The notes: a model not told the origin generated them from the sequence alone. A stretch of 64,000 bases of DNA from an uncultured Desulfatitalea sp. (GCA_963668675.2 CAXXMB010000002.1:832001-896000), one strand, 5' to 3'; counted from the stretch's first letter, positions 21,695 to 32,855 are shown. Program-made: numbers and translations.

Positions 21695-22025
21695 CCGCCA
21701 ACCCATCCCGGCACCTTACGATGTCGGCAGCACACATGGCAGATCGGCAGATCTCACCAGGCAATGCGCTCCCCCCCTCACGCTTATGCCCGCCGCATCT
21801 GCAACCATGCTTTCCGCACAGGTATCGGACTTTGAAGATATATGACTTCTCATCCAGCATGGCTGCCTCGCTCGCGATTTCTGTTCGCCGGGCCAGCGCT
21901 TTGCCTTCAGCTTCCTTCAAATCCCACCTCGCGATGGAGACCCTTGCCGTTCGGCTGACACTTCCCCCCCCTGTCGGGTGTGTAGAGGACTTGCACTTCA
22001 TGTGGGTGCGCCCTGCCGGGCGCAC
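21695..22025 (-). mobile_element. Truncated group IIC intron (5' end, domains I-II only, no RT ORF)
   Basis: Begins GTGCGCCCGGCAGGGCGCAC immediately after a terminator stem-loop; has IIC-like AGCCGAACGGCAAGGG, GAAGGAAGC and GAGATCTG segments; ends after domain II. Confidence 0.85.
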
Positions 22026-22058
22026 AAACAAGAAACCCCCTGCCTTGGCAAGGGGTTT
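22026..22058 (-). terminator. Rho-independent terminator (probably the original tRNA-Ala terminator)
   Basis: Minus strand AAACCCCTTGCCAAGGCAGGGGGTTTCTTGTTT follows a tRNA 3'-end remnant. Confidence 0.75.
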
Positions 22059-22142
22059 AATATTTCATGGAGGGATGAGGGCTATTTAATCAGATAAGTA
22101 ACGATTCAATATTATTTGATTATTCATGATTCACCCATCTAT

Positions 22143-22165
22143 GTTACCCCAAATATTACCCCCAA
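22143..22165. repeat. Integrase arm-type binding repeats, left end
   Basis: GTTACCCCAAATATTACCCCCAA matches AGTACCCCAAAAGTACCCCCAA at ~41495-41516. Confidence 0.65.
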
Positions 22166-22326
22166 TTTTTGGGTTCTTCCCTGAATTTTGACAGACCATC
22201 CTTGGGTGACACCGTTCTGGTAATGTTATTTTCATATCTTAGTTTCCAGCTGAACTGGAACACCAATCAGATAACAATAGGGATGGTGTCCGGGTGGTTT
22301 AGTGCAGTCTGTCTAACCTTGAAGGG

Positions 22327-22851
22327 TTAAGATTTATCTTCAATGGCTTTGGCGAAAAGCTGCAGGGTGCGCAATGTATCATCTATGAAATAAATATTTT
22401 GCATTTTGAATAAATGACCGATTTCTCTCAAAATAAGTCTGAAATCCCAAAGAATAATATTGTTGCGGTCTGCTTCCCGCTTAGCATCATCTTCCCATCC
22501 CCAGGAAACTATAATTTTACTATAATTTCCATTCTCAAGTCCATATTCTGATAGTCTTTCAATCACCTCTTTCGAACCAAACTTTCGCTGAACAAAATAG
22601 CCGATAGTTCTTCTTTGGGCTGCTGTTTTTATTCTAATTTTGAGGTCATTTTCACTGAAGGGCTTAGCGGAAAGCTTTGAGTAACTTTTTGAAATGGATA
22701 CTCCAGACTCAATATGGTAACGTTCAAAAGTCTTGGGATCGAACGCAATCAGATCAATCTCGAACTGCCCTTTACACTTGATGTTTGGTATCGTTGCCCA
22801 GCCTTGGACATAACGAACGTAAGCTTCGACTATTTTTTCAGTAGTCTCCAA
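22327..22851 (-). CDS. PD-(D/E)XK-superfamily nuclease-like protein
   Basis: E..V..Y...GW, EIDLIA, HIES and later IILWDF, a restriction-endonuclease-like pattern. Confidence 0.6.
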   Translation of the reverse strand: METTEKIVEAYVRYVQGWATIPNIKCKGQFEIDLIAFDPKTFERYHIESGVSISKSYSKLSAKPFSENDLKIRIKTAAQRRTIGYFVQRKFGSKEVIERLSEYGLENGNYSKIIVSWGWEDDAKREADRNNIILWDFRLILREIGHLFKMQNIYFIDDTLRTLQLFAKAIEDKS

Positions 22852-22858
22852 TTTGCAC

Positions 22859-23551
22859 CTATGGTCTAGCTTTCATTGCCATTACATTATAGATCGCTGG
22901 TAATGTACTAACTACTCCCTGATCTTCACAACTATCGAGTGTTTGTCCCATGCGATTCTCCCATTCACGAATCTCCCTTGCCATTAACCTAATCACATCC
23001 CCTAAATCTACTGTTTTAAACAAATATTTCCATTCTGCGTTGTCAATAGGGAGAACGATTTCAGGAAAAATAGAGAATAGAATCTTACTTGCACCTACCA
23101 ACCCATAACTCGTCTTACCCATTGTTATAGGAAGCAATTTCTTGAAGGCGGACCAAGTTATTTCAATGGCTCGCTGTAATTGTTCGTCAGTCATAAGGAG
23201 AATTGTCCTTGAACGAGGTGATAAACCCAAATCCTTTAAAAATTGTTTTAACCTGATGAGATCATTGCCAACTGCCTCCCAACAAGCATTCAACTTTGCG
23301 ACCGGACCCAACAGTTGCCCATCATCCCCCACCCTAAGTCCCTTAAAAGGACCTTGTCTCGTCATCTTAAAATTATTCAAAAGCCTCGCTGCATTGCCCA
23401 TGAAAAAATTCTTATCAAGGGATAGTGTTTCAGTGGTCGCGATAATTTTGCGGACATTGACGGTATAGCTTGATCCAAACGCATGAATTGCTTTTGTGAT
23501 ATTTTTACAGGAGATGGGCTGATCATGCTGAAATAATATTTGAAATTTCAT
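22859..23551 (-). CDS. Hypothetical protein (ASK.L..P....D motif)
   Basis: ORF directly upstream of the nuclease gene (7-bp gap); LVGASKILFSIFPEIVLPIDN; start at MKFQ inferred. Confidence 0.6.
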   Translation of the reverse strand: MKFQILFQHDQPISCKNITKAIHAFGSSYTVNVRKIIATTETLSLDKNFFMGNAARLLNNFKMTRQGPFKGLRVGDDGQLLGPVAKLNACWEAVGNDLIRLKQFLKDLGLSPRSRTILLMTDEQLQRAIEITWSAFKKLLPITMGKTSYGLVGASKILFSIFPEIVLPIDNAEWKYLFKTVDLGDVIRLMAREIREWENRMGQTLDSCEDQGVVSTLPAIYNVMAMKARP

Positions 23552-23694
23552 TGATATCATCCCATCAAGAAAGAAGGATAAATTATGGCTGCCTGTTTCC
23601 AAGCAAGCCAATAAATTGTTAAAAGCGGTATCAAGTCTCTGCTGTCGCTAACATAATCGCCTTTTTGAATTCCAAAACGAAACCGGGCGAAGGA

Positions 23695-26600
23695 TTATTC
23701 TCTGGTCCAGTCATACGACAACCTTTCCGCCTGCTCCAGCACCATATCAATGGCTTCCTGCTGCTTGTCAGGTGGGTATCTGTATTTTTTCAAGAGTCGC
23801 CGGATCATGTTACGCATTTTGGCTCGAACGTTGTCCCGAACCTGCCAGTCAATGGTTGTGCTGGCGCGCAACTTTTCGGTGAGTTCCTGGGCGATTTTTT
23901 TTAAGATTTCATCGCCCAGCTCTCGCACGGCGCTTTCGTTGTTGGCCAGGGCATCATAAAAGGCGATTTCATCGGGAGACAGGCCCAGCGCTTCATCCCG
24001 TTTCATCGCCTCCTGAAAATCCTTGGCCATCTGGATCAGCTCTTCAATCACCTGGGCGGTCTCGATGGCGCGGTTGTGATATTTTCGCAGGGTCGCAAGA
24101 AGCCTTTCTCCGTATTTGATCTCCTGGACTACATTGTTGCGCGTGCGCGCCTTGACCGCATCCCGTAAAAGCCGCTCCAGCAACTCCACCGCAAGGTTCT
24201 TGCTTTGCATCTGCCGCACGTCTTCCAGGAATTCATCGGACAGCAGGCTGATGTTGGGTTTGTCCAGACCGGCCAGGGCGAAAATGTCGGCCACGCCGTC
24301 GGCAATCACCGCATTGTCCAGGATCTGCTTTAGGGCTGTATTTTTTTCCTCTTCGGCGCGTTTTTTGTCGATGGTGGTGTGTTTGATGATGGCCGCTTTG
24401 ATGGCGGAAAAAAAGGCGATCTCTTTGTTGAGCTGGGCCGCTGCATCCAGGGTGCTGCATAGGCTGAAGGCCCGCGTAATGGCCGTCACAGCATCCAGGA
24501 ACCGCTTTTTGCCGTCCTCAAGACCCAAGATATGGTTGGCGGCCAGGGGTAATATCATGGCGGCGTTGGTTTGGTAGTCACTATAATCAAAGCCGTGAAA
24601 CATAGCCCGCACCACCTCCATCTTTTCCAGGAGCACGGCCAGGGCCTCTTCGGCCGGTAAATTGGGCCGCCCCTTACCTTTGGCGTCGGTATAGTCCTTC
24701 AGCGCTTTTTTCAACTCACTGCCGATGCCGATGTAATCCACCACCAGACCGCCGGGCTTGTCCTTAAACACCCGGTTTACCCGGGCAATGGCCTGCATCA
24801 GGTTATGGCCGCGCATGGGTTTGTCCACGTACATGGTATGGCAGCAGGGTGCATCAAAACCGGTCAGCCACATGTCCCGCACAATCACCAGATTCAGTGG
24901 GTCGTCGGCATCCTTGAAGCGTTTTTCCAGTCGCTTTTTGGTCAGATGACTGTAAACATGATCCTGGATGTGCGCTTTGTCGGCCGCCGATCCGGTCATC
25001 ACAATTTTGATGGCCCCCTTTTCCGGGTCGGCATCGTGCCATTGGGGCCGTAAGGTTTTGATCTCATCGTAGAGCTGAACGCAGATCTCCCGGCTCATGC
25101 ACACGATCATCGCCTTGCCCGGAATCACGGCATCCCGGGCTTCATAGTGGTTTACCAAATCCCCGGCCACCTCTTTTAAGCGGGGCTGGGCGCCCACCAG
25201 TTTTTCCAGGGCCGCCCACCGGCTTTTGGTGTGCTCTCTTTTGGAGATCTCCTCCTCATCCTCGATGATATCCTCGACCTCTTGGTTGAGCGCTTCAATG
25301 GCTTCACGGTTGATATCCAGTTTGGCTAACCGGGATTCATAGTAGATGGGCACCGTGGCGCCGTCTTCCACCGCGTCCTGGATATCATAGATGGAAACAT
25401 ACTCACCAAATACCGCCCGGGTATCCTTATCATCTCGGGAGATCGGTGTGCCGGTAAAGCCGATAAAGGAGGCATTGGGAATGGCATCGCGCATATGTTT
25501 GGCATAGCCGAAAATGTATTTGCCGCTTTTAGTATCCAGGCGGGCCGTCAAACCATACTGACTGCGGTGGGCCTCGTCGCTGATCACCACAATATTGTGG
25601 CGCGCGCTCAAACAGGGGTGAACCTCTTCACCGTTTAACAGGGAAAACTTTTGCACTGTGGTAAAAATGATGCCGCCCGCCTGTCGTGCGGCCAGCATCT
25701 CGCGCAACTCATCTCGGCTGCCTGCCTGAACAGGCGTCTGCCGCAACAGCTCCCGGGCATTGTTAAACGTATTAAAAAGCTGGCCGTCCAAATCGTTGCG
25801 ATCCGTCACCACCACAAGGGTGGGGTTGTTCATCTCCGGCTGCTGCAGCAGTTTGCCCGCATAACAACACATGGAAATACTCTTGCCCGAGCCCTGAGTG
25901 TGCCACACCACGCCCGCCTTGCCGGACCCCGGCACCACCTCCCGGCCATAGGTGGCCCTTGGCTCGCCTGCTTCAAAACCGTCCGGCTGCTGCGAGGCGA
26001 TCACCGTCACCCGCACGGCCTCGCGCACCGCATGAAACTGGTGGTATCCGGCGATCTTTTTGATCACTTTGTCGCCATCCTGCTCAAAGATCACAAAGTA
26101 GCGCAGATAATCCAGCAACAGCGCCGGGTCGAAAAAACCCTTTACTACTTTTTCCAGCTCATATTCCATGAGCGGCTTGTCGTCTTCGTGCTTGAGGGTG
26201 CGCCACGGCATGAACCACTCTTTACTGGCGGTCAAAGACCCCATCCGGGCTGTCCAGCCGTCACTGATTACCAGGGCTTCATTAAACACAAACAGGTCGG
26301 AGATCTCATCTTTATAGGTCTGCAGCTGATTGTAGGCATCCCACACATCGGTCTGCACATTGCTCGGATTTTTCAGTTCGATCACCGCAATGGGCAGGCC
26401 GTTGATAAACACCACCACATCGGGCCGCCGGTTCATCTTAATGCCCTGGATGGTGAACTGGTTGACCACCAGAAACTGGTTGTTGTGAACGTCGGAAAAG
26501 TCGATCAACCGGGCATGGTCGGTCTGGGTGTCGTCGCCGTCTGAATATTCCACGGGCACGCCTTCCAGTAACAGCCGGTGAAACTTGCGATTGTTATGGA

Positions 26601-26841
26601 TCAGCACCGGGGTTTCGGGTTTGGTTATGGCAATGGCGGCCTCTTCCAGAACAGCCAGGGGAATGTGGGGATTGATCCTTTGCATGGCGGAGAGCAACCG
26701 ATTTGTTAACGCTACCTGTAGGTAATCCGCTCTTTCAGGTGTTTCACCATCATGGGCGATGTCCGGTCCAAAGGCGTATTCATAGCCGCCTTCTCGGAAC
26801 CATTCCAGACAGATTTGTTCAAGTTGGTCTTCGGTTATCAA
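23695..26841 (-). CDS. hsdR: Type I restriction endonuclease subunit R
   Basis: RPD..IELK nuclease, [29 protein letters not shown]-terminal DUF3387-like region. Confidence 0.97.
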   Translation of the reverse strand: MITEDQLEQICLEWFREGGYEYAFGPDIAHDGETPERADYLQVALTNRLLSAMQRINPHIPLAVLEEAAIAITKPETPVLIHNNRKFHRLLLEGVPVEYSDGDDTQTDHARLIDFSDVHNNQFLVVNQFTIQGIKMNRRPDVVVFINGLPIAVIELKNPSNVQTDVWDAYNQLQTYKDEISDLFVFNEALVISDGWTARMGSLTASKEWFMPWRTLKHEDDKPLMEYELEKVVKGFFDPALLLDYLRYFVIFEQDGDKVIKKIAGYHQFHAVREAVRVTVIASQQPDGFEAGEPRATYGREVVPGSGKAGVVWHTQGSGKSISMCCYAGKLLQQPEMNNPTLVVVTDRNDLDGQLFNTFNNARELLRQTPVQAGSRDELREMLAARQAGGIIFTTVQKFSLLNGEEVHPCLSARHNIVVISDEAHRSQYGLTARLDTKSGKYIFGYAKHMRDAIPNASFIGFTGTPISRDDKDTRAVFGEYVSIYDIQDAVEDGATVPIYYESRLAKLDINREAIEALNQEVEDIIEDEEEISKREHTKSRWAALEKLVGAQPRLKEVAGDLVNHYEARDAVIPGKAMIVCMSREICVQLYDEIKTLRPQWHDADPEKGAIKIVMTGSAADKAHIQDHVYSHLTKKRLEKRFKDADDPLNLVIVRDMWLTGFDAPCCHTMYVDKPMRGHNLMQAIARVNRVFKDKPGGLVVDYIGIGSELKKALKDYTDAKGKGRPNLPAEEALAVLLEKMEVVRAMFHGFDYSDYQTNAAMILPLAANHILGLEDGKKRFLDAVTAITRAFSLCSTLDAAAQLNKEIAFFSAIKAAIIKHTTIDKKRAEEEKNTALKQILDNAVIADGVADIFALAGLDKPNISLLSDEFLEDVRQMQSKNLAVELLERLLRDAVKARTRNNVVQEIKYGERLLATLRKYHNRAIETAQVIEELIQMAKDFQEAMKRDEALGLSPDEIAFYDALANNESAVRELGDEILKKIAQELTEKLRASTTIDWQVRDNVRAKMRNMIRRLLKKYRYPPDKQQEAIDMVLEQAERLSYDWTRE

Positions 26842-28079
26842 TTCTCATCTCCAGGTTGCTCAACAACACTTTCAATCAATTTCTCAACCACCTGATCCCT
26901 TATTGTAACCGGATAGCCATATTTCCGCAAAATCACCCGTGCAACATTACGCAGCTTGGCCTGGATAGCATCCCGGCTTTCCCAGTCCACCACCTTATGT
27001 TTTTCAAATTCCTTGCTGAGCTGCTTGGCAATGAGTTGAATACGGCCAGGCTCGACCTGGGAACTTTCCTCCGGCTCTCCCAATATCGCAACCAACTGTC
27101 CAACTTCATCTAGGTCTTCAGCCTTATCGACAACTATTTCGGCATGATGACCGGTAACACTGATGGTGGAAGATTCAACTTGAATTACGGTTTCGGTTTT
27201 CTTTTCGGCCTCAACGATAGCCTGTTCTCTATGCTCCTCTTCCATTAAGAGATTGCAGTAGTCCGATGCCCCCAGAAGATCCGGGAAAAGGCTGGCATGA
27301 TGTACATTCATGCGCCGGAGACTCCGTAGACAACCTTCCCGGTCTTCGTTCTTGATGTAGATTTTACAGATATAGCGGGCCAGCACATCCGCCTCTGACT
27401 CTTCCACCGCCTCTTTGAATTCATCAAAGTCGGAGATGGTTTCGATGAGTTTGTTTTCAATGGTCGCGTCGGTGGGGGAAAAGGTAAAAAGACCGGCCTG
27501 GTTCACCAGGCGGCCATGATCGTCTTTGCGGGGTTCAAGCAGCCTAATGTCCGGGCATTGGTCATCATCGGCCACAAAGGATTTGTTGAGGACGTATACA
27601 GCACGATAGGGATTGTCTTCTTCTCCCTGTTGATCCTCCTTGGCAAAGGCAAAAAACAGGGCCACATAGGGGGAATAGGTCCAGTCCAGCAATGGTGTCA
27701 TCAGGCCGTGATGCTGGCCGATGGACCAGAGTTCATCCTCCTGCTCAACCTCAACCAGAAGAGAGGTATCTTTCAACCTGCCACGCACCGCCCGTCTGAA
27801 AAGATCAAGCTGTCTACTTGAAAGCTCTTCGCTGACAATGCCGTTTTCCGTCAATCGACCAAGGGTGGGGAGCAAACTCCAATCATAGCGCCGATGCCCG
27901 CGAAAAATAAACTGGACACCATTGGTGTTGAAGAAGTCGCTTTCCAGCAAATCGGAAAAATCCTGCCAGCGTTCAAGTCTGGTCACAGGAATGCGCCCGC
28001 TCAAGTGGTCTGCCAGAACCTCGAAACATTTCCCGTCCGCTTGCCAGAGCGGTATGCTGTCCCAATATGTACTATCCAT
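26838..28079 (-). CDS. FRG-domain protein with a C-terminal HsdR-CTD (DUF3387-like) domain
   Basis: [43 protein letters not shown]; the last ~65 aa resemble the C-terminus of the neighbouring HsdR. Confidence 0.88.
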   Translation of the reverse strand: MDSTYWDSIPLWQADGKCFEVLADHLSGRIPVTRLERWQDFSDLLESDFFNTNGVQFIFRGHRRYDWSLLPTLGRLTENGIVSEELSSRQLDLFRRAVRGRLKDTSLLVEVEQEDELWSIGQHHGLMTPLLDWTYSPYVALFFAFAKEDQQGEEDNPYRAVYVLNKSFVADDDQCPDIRLLEPRKDDHGRLVNQAGLFTFSPTDATIENKLIETISDFDEFKEAVEESEADVLARYICKIYIKNEDREGCLRSLRRMNVHHASLFPDLLGASDYCNLLMEEEHREQAIVEAEKKTETVIQVESSTISVTGHHAEIVVDKAEDLDEVGQLVAILGEPEESSQVEPGRIQLIAKQLSKEFEKHKVVDWESRDAIQAKLRNVARVILRKYGYPVTIRDQVVEKLIESVVEQPGDEN

Positions 28080-28088
28080 GATTCACCA

Positions 28089-29498
28089 TTAGGCCACCTG
28101 GCTCAGATCTATTTCGCCGGAGAGGAGTTTGGGGAGGAGGGTGTCACGTATTTGGGATAACGAAACATTCTGTATTACGTTTTGTTGTCTTTGTTTTAAA
28201 ATAGGAGAAACCATGTTTTCAAAAGTCTCTATCATTCTGTTTCCACCATAAACAAAACGTAACTTTGGAATACTTTTTACATTCAATGCGTTAAGTATGG
28301 TTCCTATGTCGGTGCGATATTCAATTTCTCTCCTCATGTATTTGCTCGATAACAGCGTTATCAAAAAGGCTGCACAGGGGAATTTATCTTTTAGTCGGAC
28401 TGCTGTCATATTCCTTCCAATTGCAGCCCGAACACCCTTAGGAATTATTGCAACATCTCCAACTCTTCCAACATTAGTGATCACACAATCTCCATCACTT
28501 ACTTCTATTCTGGAAATCCACTTTTTGTAATCTTCCTCAGAGATAAAAAAAGTATCATCCAGATAGAGTAGGCCATCGTTTCCAATATTGTTGAGTTGCA
28601 ACAAGATCCTGTCAGTTTTGTCTTTGGCTGCTTTGGGTTTTTTCGAGTGTAGACAGTCAATGATATCAGCAATCGTTCCGATGTTGAATACTCCCCACCC
28701 CCTCGGAATCAACCCCAGTTCTGACTCCTCCAATTCATCAGGAAAAAGGCCAGCGGTTGCGGCGAGTTGTTTGTGCTGGTTTGGGGAGAGCTGGTCAAGC
28801 TCAGCGTCGGTTTTGCCGCTGATGGCGCACATGGCGGCGCGTTGCGGGTCCCGGCCGTTATGTTTGGCCACGATCTTGGCCTTGGCCGGATCGAAATCCA
28901 CAAACCAGGATTTGAAAATGGCCTGGGCGATCTGTTCGAGGGTTTGGTTGATTTGGCGGTTGAGTTCAATCTTGTCGTCCATTGCTTCTAGGATATCAGC
29001 AATTGTTATACTCGCAGAGTAGGATACCTTCGGAACAGGCAAAGATTCTATTGTTTTACCGCTAATATTAGCTTGGTTGGCACTACCAGTCGAATTATAA
29101 ACGAGATAATCTTTAGCATTTTTTGTCGATAACAAGTAATATAGATATCGCAAATCAATGCTGCCTTTTTCTCTCAGGACAAGTCTGCCCACACGTTGAT
29201 TTATAACTGCTAATGGGTCGTTTTTACTTACCTTTGCAACCCTGCCTACCACAGATGCCGGTTGGCTTGGTCCTGAGCCAGTCATCGAAATTAAAACATC
29301 GCCTGGCCGTGTGAGAAAATCTTTGGTTGCATTAACGAGCTCGTCATTCACACAAGAATAATCATCGAATAGGAGACGCCCTTGTCCAACATTTTTTATC
29401 TTAATAACAGGAGTGCCTGCTTCTTTGAAATCCTTACTTTTATAAGCAAAGCCCCCCTGGACCTTTGCGAAATATCCTATTGTTAAATCAGCACTCAT
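28089..29498 (-). CDS. hsdS: Type I R-M specificity subunit S
   Basis: Two TRDs; conserved DDKIELNRQINQTLEQIAQAIFKSWF spacer and RDTLLPKLLSGEI end; ATG overlaps the hsdM stop. Confidence 0.95.
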   Translation of the reverse strand: MSADLTIGYFAKVQGGFAYKSKDFKEAGTPVIKIKNVGQGRLLFDDYSCVNDELVNATKDFLTRPGDVLISMTGSGPSQPASVVGRVAKVSKNDPLAVINQRVGRLVLREKGSIDLRYLYYLLSTKNAKDYLVYNSTGSANQANISGKTIESLPVPKVSYSASITIADILEAMDDKIELNRQINQTLEQIAQAIFKSWFVDFDPAKAKIVAKHNGRDPQRAAMCAISGKTDAELDQLSPNQHKQLAATAGLFPDELEESELGLIPRGWGVFNIGTIADIIDCLHSKKPKAAKDKTDRILLQLNNIGNDGLLYLDDTFFISEEDYKKWISRIEVSDGDCVITNVGRVGDVAIIPKGVRAAIGRNMTAVRLKDKFPCAAFLITLLSSKYMRREIEYRTDIGTILNALNVKSIPKLRFVYGGNRMIETFENMVSPILKQRQQNVIQNVSLSQIRDTLLPKLLSGEIDLSQVA

Positions 29499-31146
29499 AA
29501 CCCAACCCCGCCAAACTCTCCTTAATTCTCTCTTCCAATTGTGCACTTTCCTCAAACTGCTCCTTAAGCTGAGCCGTCAGCCGCTCCATCTTCTCAGAAA
29601 AAGGCTCACCGTCATCTTCTTCATCAGCAGCACCCACATAGCGCCCAGGCGTCAACACATGATCATGTTTGGCGATCTCTTCCAGGGTGGCGGACTTACA
29701 GAATCCGGCAACATCTTCATAGCCGTCTTTTTTCTTCCAGGCATCAAACACCCCGGCGATCTTTTCGATGTCTTCCGGCTTGAAATCCCGCAACACCCGG
29801 TCTTTCATGTAGCCCATGTTGCGGGCGTCGATAAAAAGCACCTCACCCGACCGGTCCCGAAAGCCGTTGCGCTCTTTTTTGTTGCGGGTCAGAAACCAGA
29901 TGCAGGCCGGAATCTGGGTGTTGGTGAAGAGTTGTCCGGGCAGGGCCACCATGCACTCCACCCGATCGCTTTCCACCAGAGCCTTGCGGATGGCCCCTTC
30001 GGTGTTGGTGTTGGAGCTCATGGAGCCGTTGGCCAGCAGCAGGCCCATGCTGCCGTTGGGGGCCAGATGGTAAAACATGTGCTGGAGCCAGGCAAAGTTG
30101 GCGTTGCCGGACGGCGGGCGGCCGAACTGCCAGCGCGGGTCGTCGTCGCTGACATTGCTGTCCCACTCCTTCATGTTAAAGGGCGGGTTGGCCATGATAT
30201 AGTCGGCCCGCAGGTCCGGGTGTTGATCATTGCCGAAGGTGTCGGCCGGCTCCTTGCCGAAGTTAAAGTCCAGCCCCCGGATCACCATGTTCATGGCCGC
30301 CAGTTGCCAGGTGGTGTGGTTGTACTCCTGACCGTAAATGGAGACATTGCCGATTTTGCCGCCATAGGTCTTGATAAATTGTTCACTCTGCACGAAAAAG
30401 CCGCCCGAGCCCATGGCCGGGTCGTACACCCGCCCTGAAAAGGGCTGAAGCATCTCCACGATCAGCCGGACAATGGCCTTGGGGGTGTAATACTGACCGC
30501 CTTTTTTGCCTTCGGCCAGGGCGAACTGGCCCAGGAAATACTCATACACATGCCCCAGAATGTCCTTGGACTGCAATGTCGCATGGCTGAAGGGAATTTC
30601 TGCGATCAAGTTAATCAATTCGATGAGCTTGGCCTGGTCGATCTGCAACCGGCCGTACTGCTTGTTGAGGATGCCTTTGAGCTTGGGATTGTCCTTTTCA
30701 ATGGCATCCAGGGCATCGTCGATCAACCGGCCCACACTGCGGAAGGTGTAAGTGTATTTTTTGCCGTTTTTGATCTCAATCTCGGTGCCCGGCGCCAAAG
30801 GAGCATTGTCCTGCAACGTCTGCCAACGCCCCAACTGAGGCACCCAGAAAACGTTCTTTTCCGTGTAATAGTCGCGCTCCTCCAGTTCATCGAGAATTTC
30901 AGCCTGATAGGCTTCTTCGGAGTCGTAATCATCCGGATCAAGAAAATAGTCGTGATCCGGATCTTTAAATTGTTCAATCAGCTCCTGCCGTCGAATATCA
31001 AAGGCATCGGAAACATACTTAACAAACAACAACCCCAACACCGCATGTTTATACTGGGCCGCATCCAACGTAGAGCGCAACTTATCCGCCGCGTTCCATA
31101 ACTTTTTATCCAGATCGTTGAGAAACTTCTGTTCTTTATCGGGCAT
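29488..31146 (-). CDS. hsdM: Type I R-M N6-adenine methyltransferase subunit M
   Basis: LWNAADKLR, GQYYTP, DPAMGSGG, NPPF. Confidence 0.97.
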   Translation of the reverse strand: MPDKEQKFLNDLDKKLWNAADKLRSTLDAAQYKHAVLGLLFVKYVSDAFDIRRQELIEQFKDPDHDYFLDPDDYDSEEAYQAEILDELEERDYYTEKNVFWVPQLGRWQTLQDNAPLAPGTEIEIKNGKKYTYTFRSVGRLIDDALDAIEKDNPKLKGILNKQYGRLQIDQAKLIELINLIAEIPFSHATLQSKDILGHVYEYFLGQFALAEGKKGGQYYTPKAIVRLIVEMLQPFSGRVYDPAMGSGGFFVQSEQFIKTYGGKIGNVSIYGQEYNHTTWQLAAMNMVIRGLDFNFGKEPADTFGNDQHPDLRADYIMANPPFNMKEWDSNVSDDDPRWQFGRPPSGNANFAWLQHMFYHLAPNGSMGLLLANGSMSSNTNTEGAIRKALVESDRVECMVALPGQLFTNTQIPACIWFLTRNKKERNGFRDRSGEVLFIDARNMGYMKDRVLRDFKPEDIEKIAGVFDAWKKKDGYEDVAGFCKSATLEEIAKHDHVLTPGRYVGAADEEDDGEPFSEKMERLTAQLKEQFEESAQLEERIKESLAGLGYEC

Positions 31147-32342
31147 GTGATTTCCTTTTTGGTCCTATATGGTTACCTTGCAATCAATTAGTACATATTT
31201 AATCCAACTAAAGTGCCAGTGATTGGCAATCTTCAGATAAGTATTTTTTCCTTTTCCTGAGTCAACGTTAATTGGATATACAAGTATGAATTATTAACTC
31301 TTCAACAACTATCAATTGGCCCAGAATCTCGATCTGTAAAAACCTTTTAATGTTTGAAGGTTTAGAACATTTTTAACAATTTCTGGACGGTATGGTCAAG
31401 CGATGGATATCACCCTTTTTGGTGCAATGGCAAAAGGATAAGCTTCAGTCGTTTGTCTGTGTTGTGATCCCTGAAAAACCTTAGTTCACAATTAGTTCGC
31501 GGGGGTGCGCACTATGTTGCGTACTATTGCCTTTTCTCACCATTCATATGTATATGTAAATTTTGAATAAAAGCATTCTCCTATAACGCGCGCGCGTGCG
31601 CGCGTTGTGATGTGCGGAAAACCTTCATTCTTTGTCCTTTTCACCTAAGCCGGGCCCCCATATGTCCTGATCGCAATCCCCCTTTTCGCCAAACGATTGA
31701 AAGTCTTGTACTGCGCTAATTTCCAACAATTGACAACTTTGATTGATAAAAATTGGAAGACACTCTGGATAGCAAAAAAACAAGGAAAAACAAAGGAGTG
31801 TTGCTCATGCACTGAATCACAGACCCCGACGCAGTCTGTCAGGGAACAATACATGCAGGGCATATTATGGTTCAATCAAACTGCGATATAGGAAACGCAG
31901 GGAAAAGGAGGCATATGAGTGGATCCGGGAGTTGGACGTTGACATATCATCCTCCTCCGGTAAAAATGAAATCGACCCTTTAATCTAGCGCATTGCTACC
32001 TTTAGGTGACTGGGAAAACAACGGCTCATAATTATCTGTAAACCGGAAAATGTGTTACCTGATTTTTTCTTGAAAAATTGCCATAATTAATGATGCAGCA
32101 CCTAATTGAACATATCAAAAACGAATGCGCTGTAAAAACAGACAAATATTGATTTTCAATAGTAGAAATTGAGTATTACAACATATTAGTATGTGCGGTG
32201 AGATTTAAAGCTTAAATCGTTTTAGCTGTTTTTTCAGGAGAATTTGATCAGGATAGAAGGGGATAGGAGTTACGAAGAATTGGTTCTATCTTTGGTGCAA
32301 AGTTGAATTCAATGTAATAGCTACTGTTGGGGTACAAATATA

Positions 32343-32846
32343 ATGGCAACAGGACGTAGCAATAAGCTTGTAGGGCAGACCGGGGAATACCTCGTCGCGG
32401 CCGAGCTCTCGCGTCGCGGATTCATCGCGACCACTTTCACAGGTAACGTTCCCCACTACGACATCATCGCATCGGATGAGGTCGGCCGACATGTCTCTGT
32501 ACAGGTGAAGGCCAGTCGTAGCTCCTCGTGGCAATTTGGCAACATTAAACTGTACTGTGACATCTCCTTTGACGGCAACCGGCAGATTGTCGGGGATAAA
32601 CAACTATGCCCGGTTCGAGGGCTTGTCATGGCCTTCGTCAAGATCGACGACGACGGAAATGATCGTTTCTACATCCTCCCGTGGGAGCGCCTGCGAGACA
32701 TTCTCGTTGATCTTCACAAGGCTTATCTCGCGAAGCACAATGGCACTCGTCCGAAGAGGTGGGACTCTCTGCATTGTGCCATTGCAGAGAGAAACCTTGA
32801 ACCATATTGGAACAAGTGGGACACGGTAAAAACAAAACTGAAATGA
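32343..32846 (+). CDS. Cassette 1: PD-(D/E)XK (Hjc-like) nuclease
   Basis: GEYLVAAELSRRG...YDIIA...VQVK motif. Confidence 0.75.
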   Translation: MATGRSNKLVGQTGEYLVAAELSRRGFIATTFTGNVPHYDIIASDEVGRHVSVQVKASRSSSWQFGNIKLYCDISFDGNRQIVGDKQLCPVRGLVMAFVKIDDDGNDRFYILPWERLRDILVDLHKAYLAKHNGTRPKRWDSLHCAIAERNLEPYWNKWDTVKTKLK

Positions 32847-32855
32847 GCGGAAAGG

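Noticed and set aside
21651..22089. ORFs 21651-22031 and 21721-22089
   Set aside because: They lie over the group II intron RNA fragment and show no RT motifs
31480..31605. Short repeats (TTAGTTC x2, TGCGYACTA x2) and a CGCGCGCGTGCGCGCG tract as possible oriT or packaging site
   Set aside because: Too short and generic; no relaxase or terminase in the element to support it
31690..31830. Faint resemblance to an IS630 transposase C-terminus
   Set aside because: Requires several frameshifts; no catalytic motif or terminal repeats visible
31150..32320. Expected location of an intI gene upstream of the cassette array
   Set aside because: No ORF or fragment with tyrosine-recombinase motifs found on either strand
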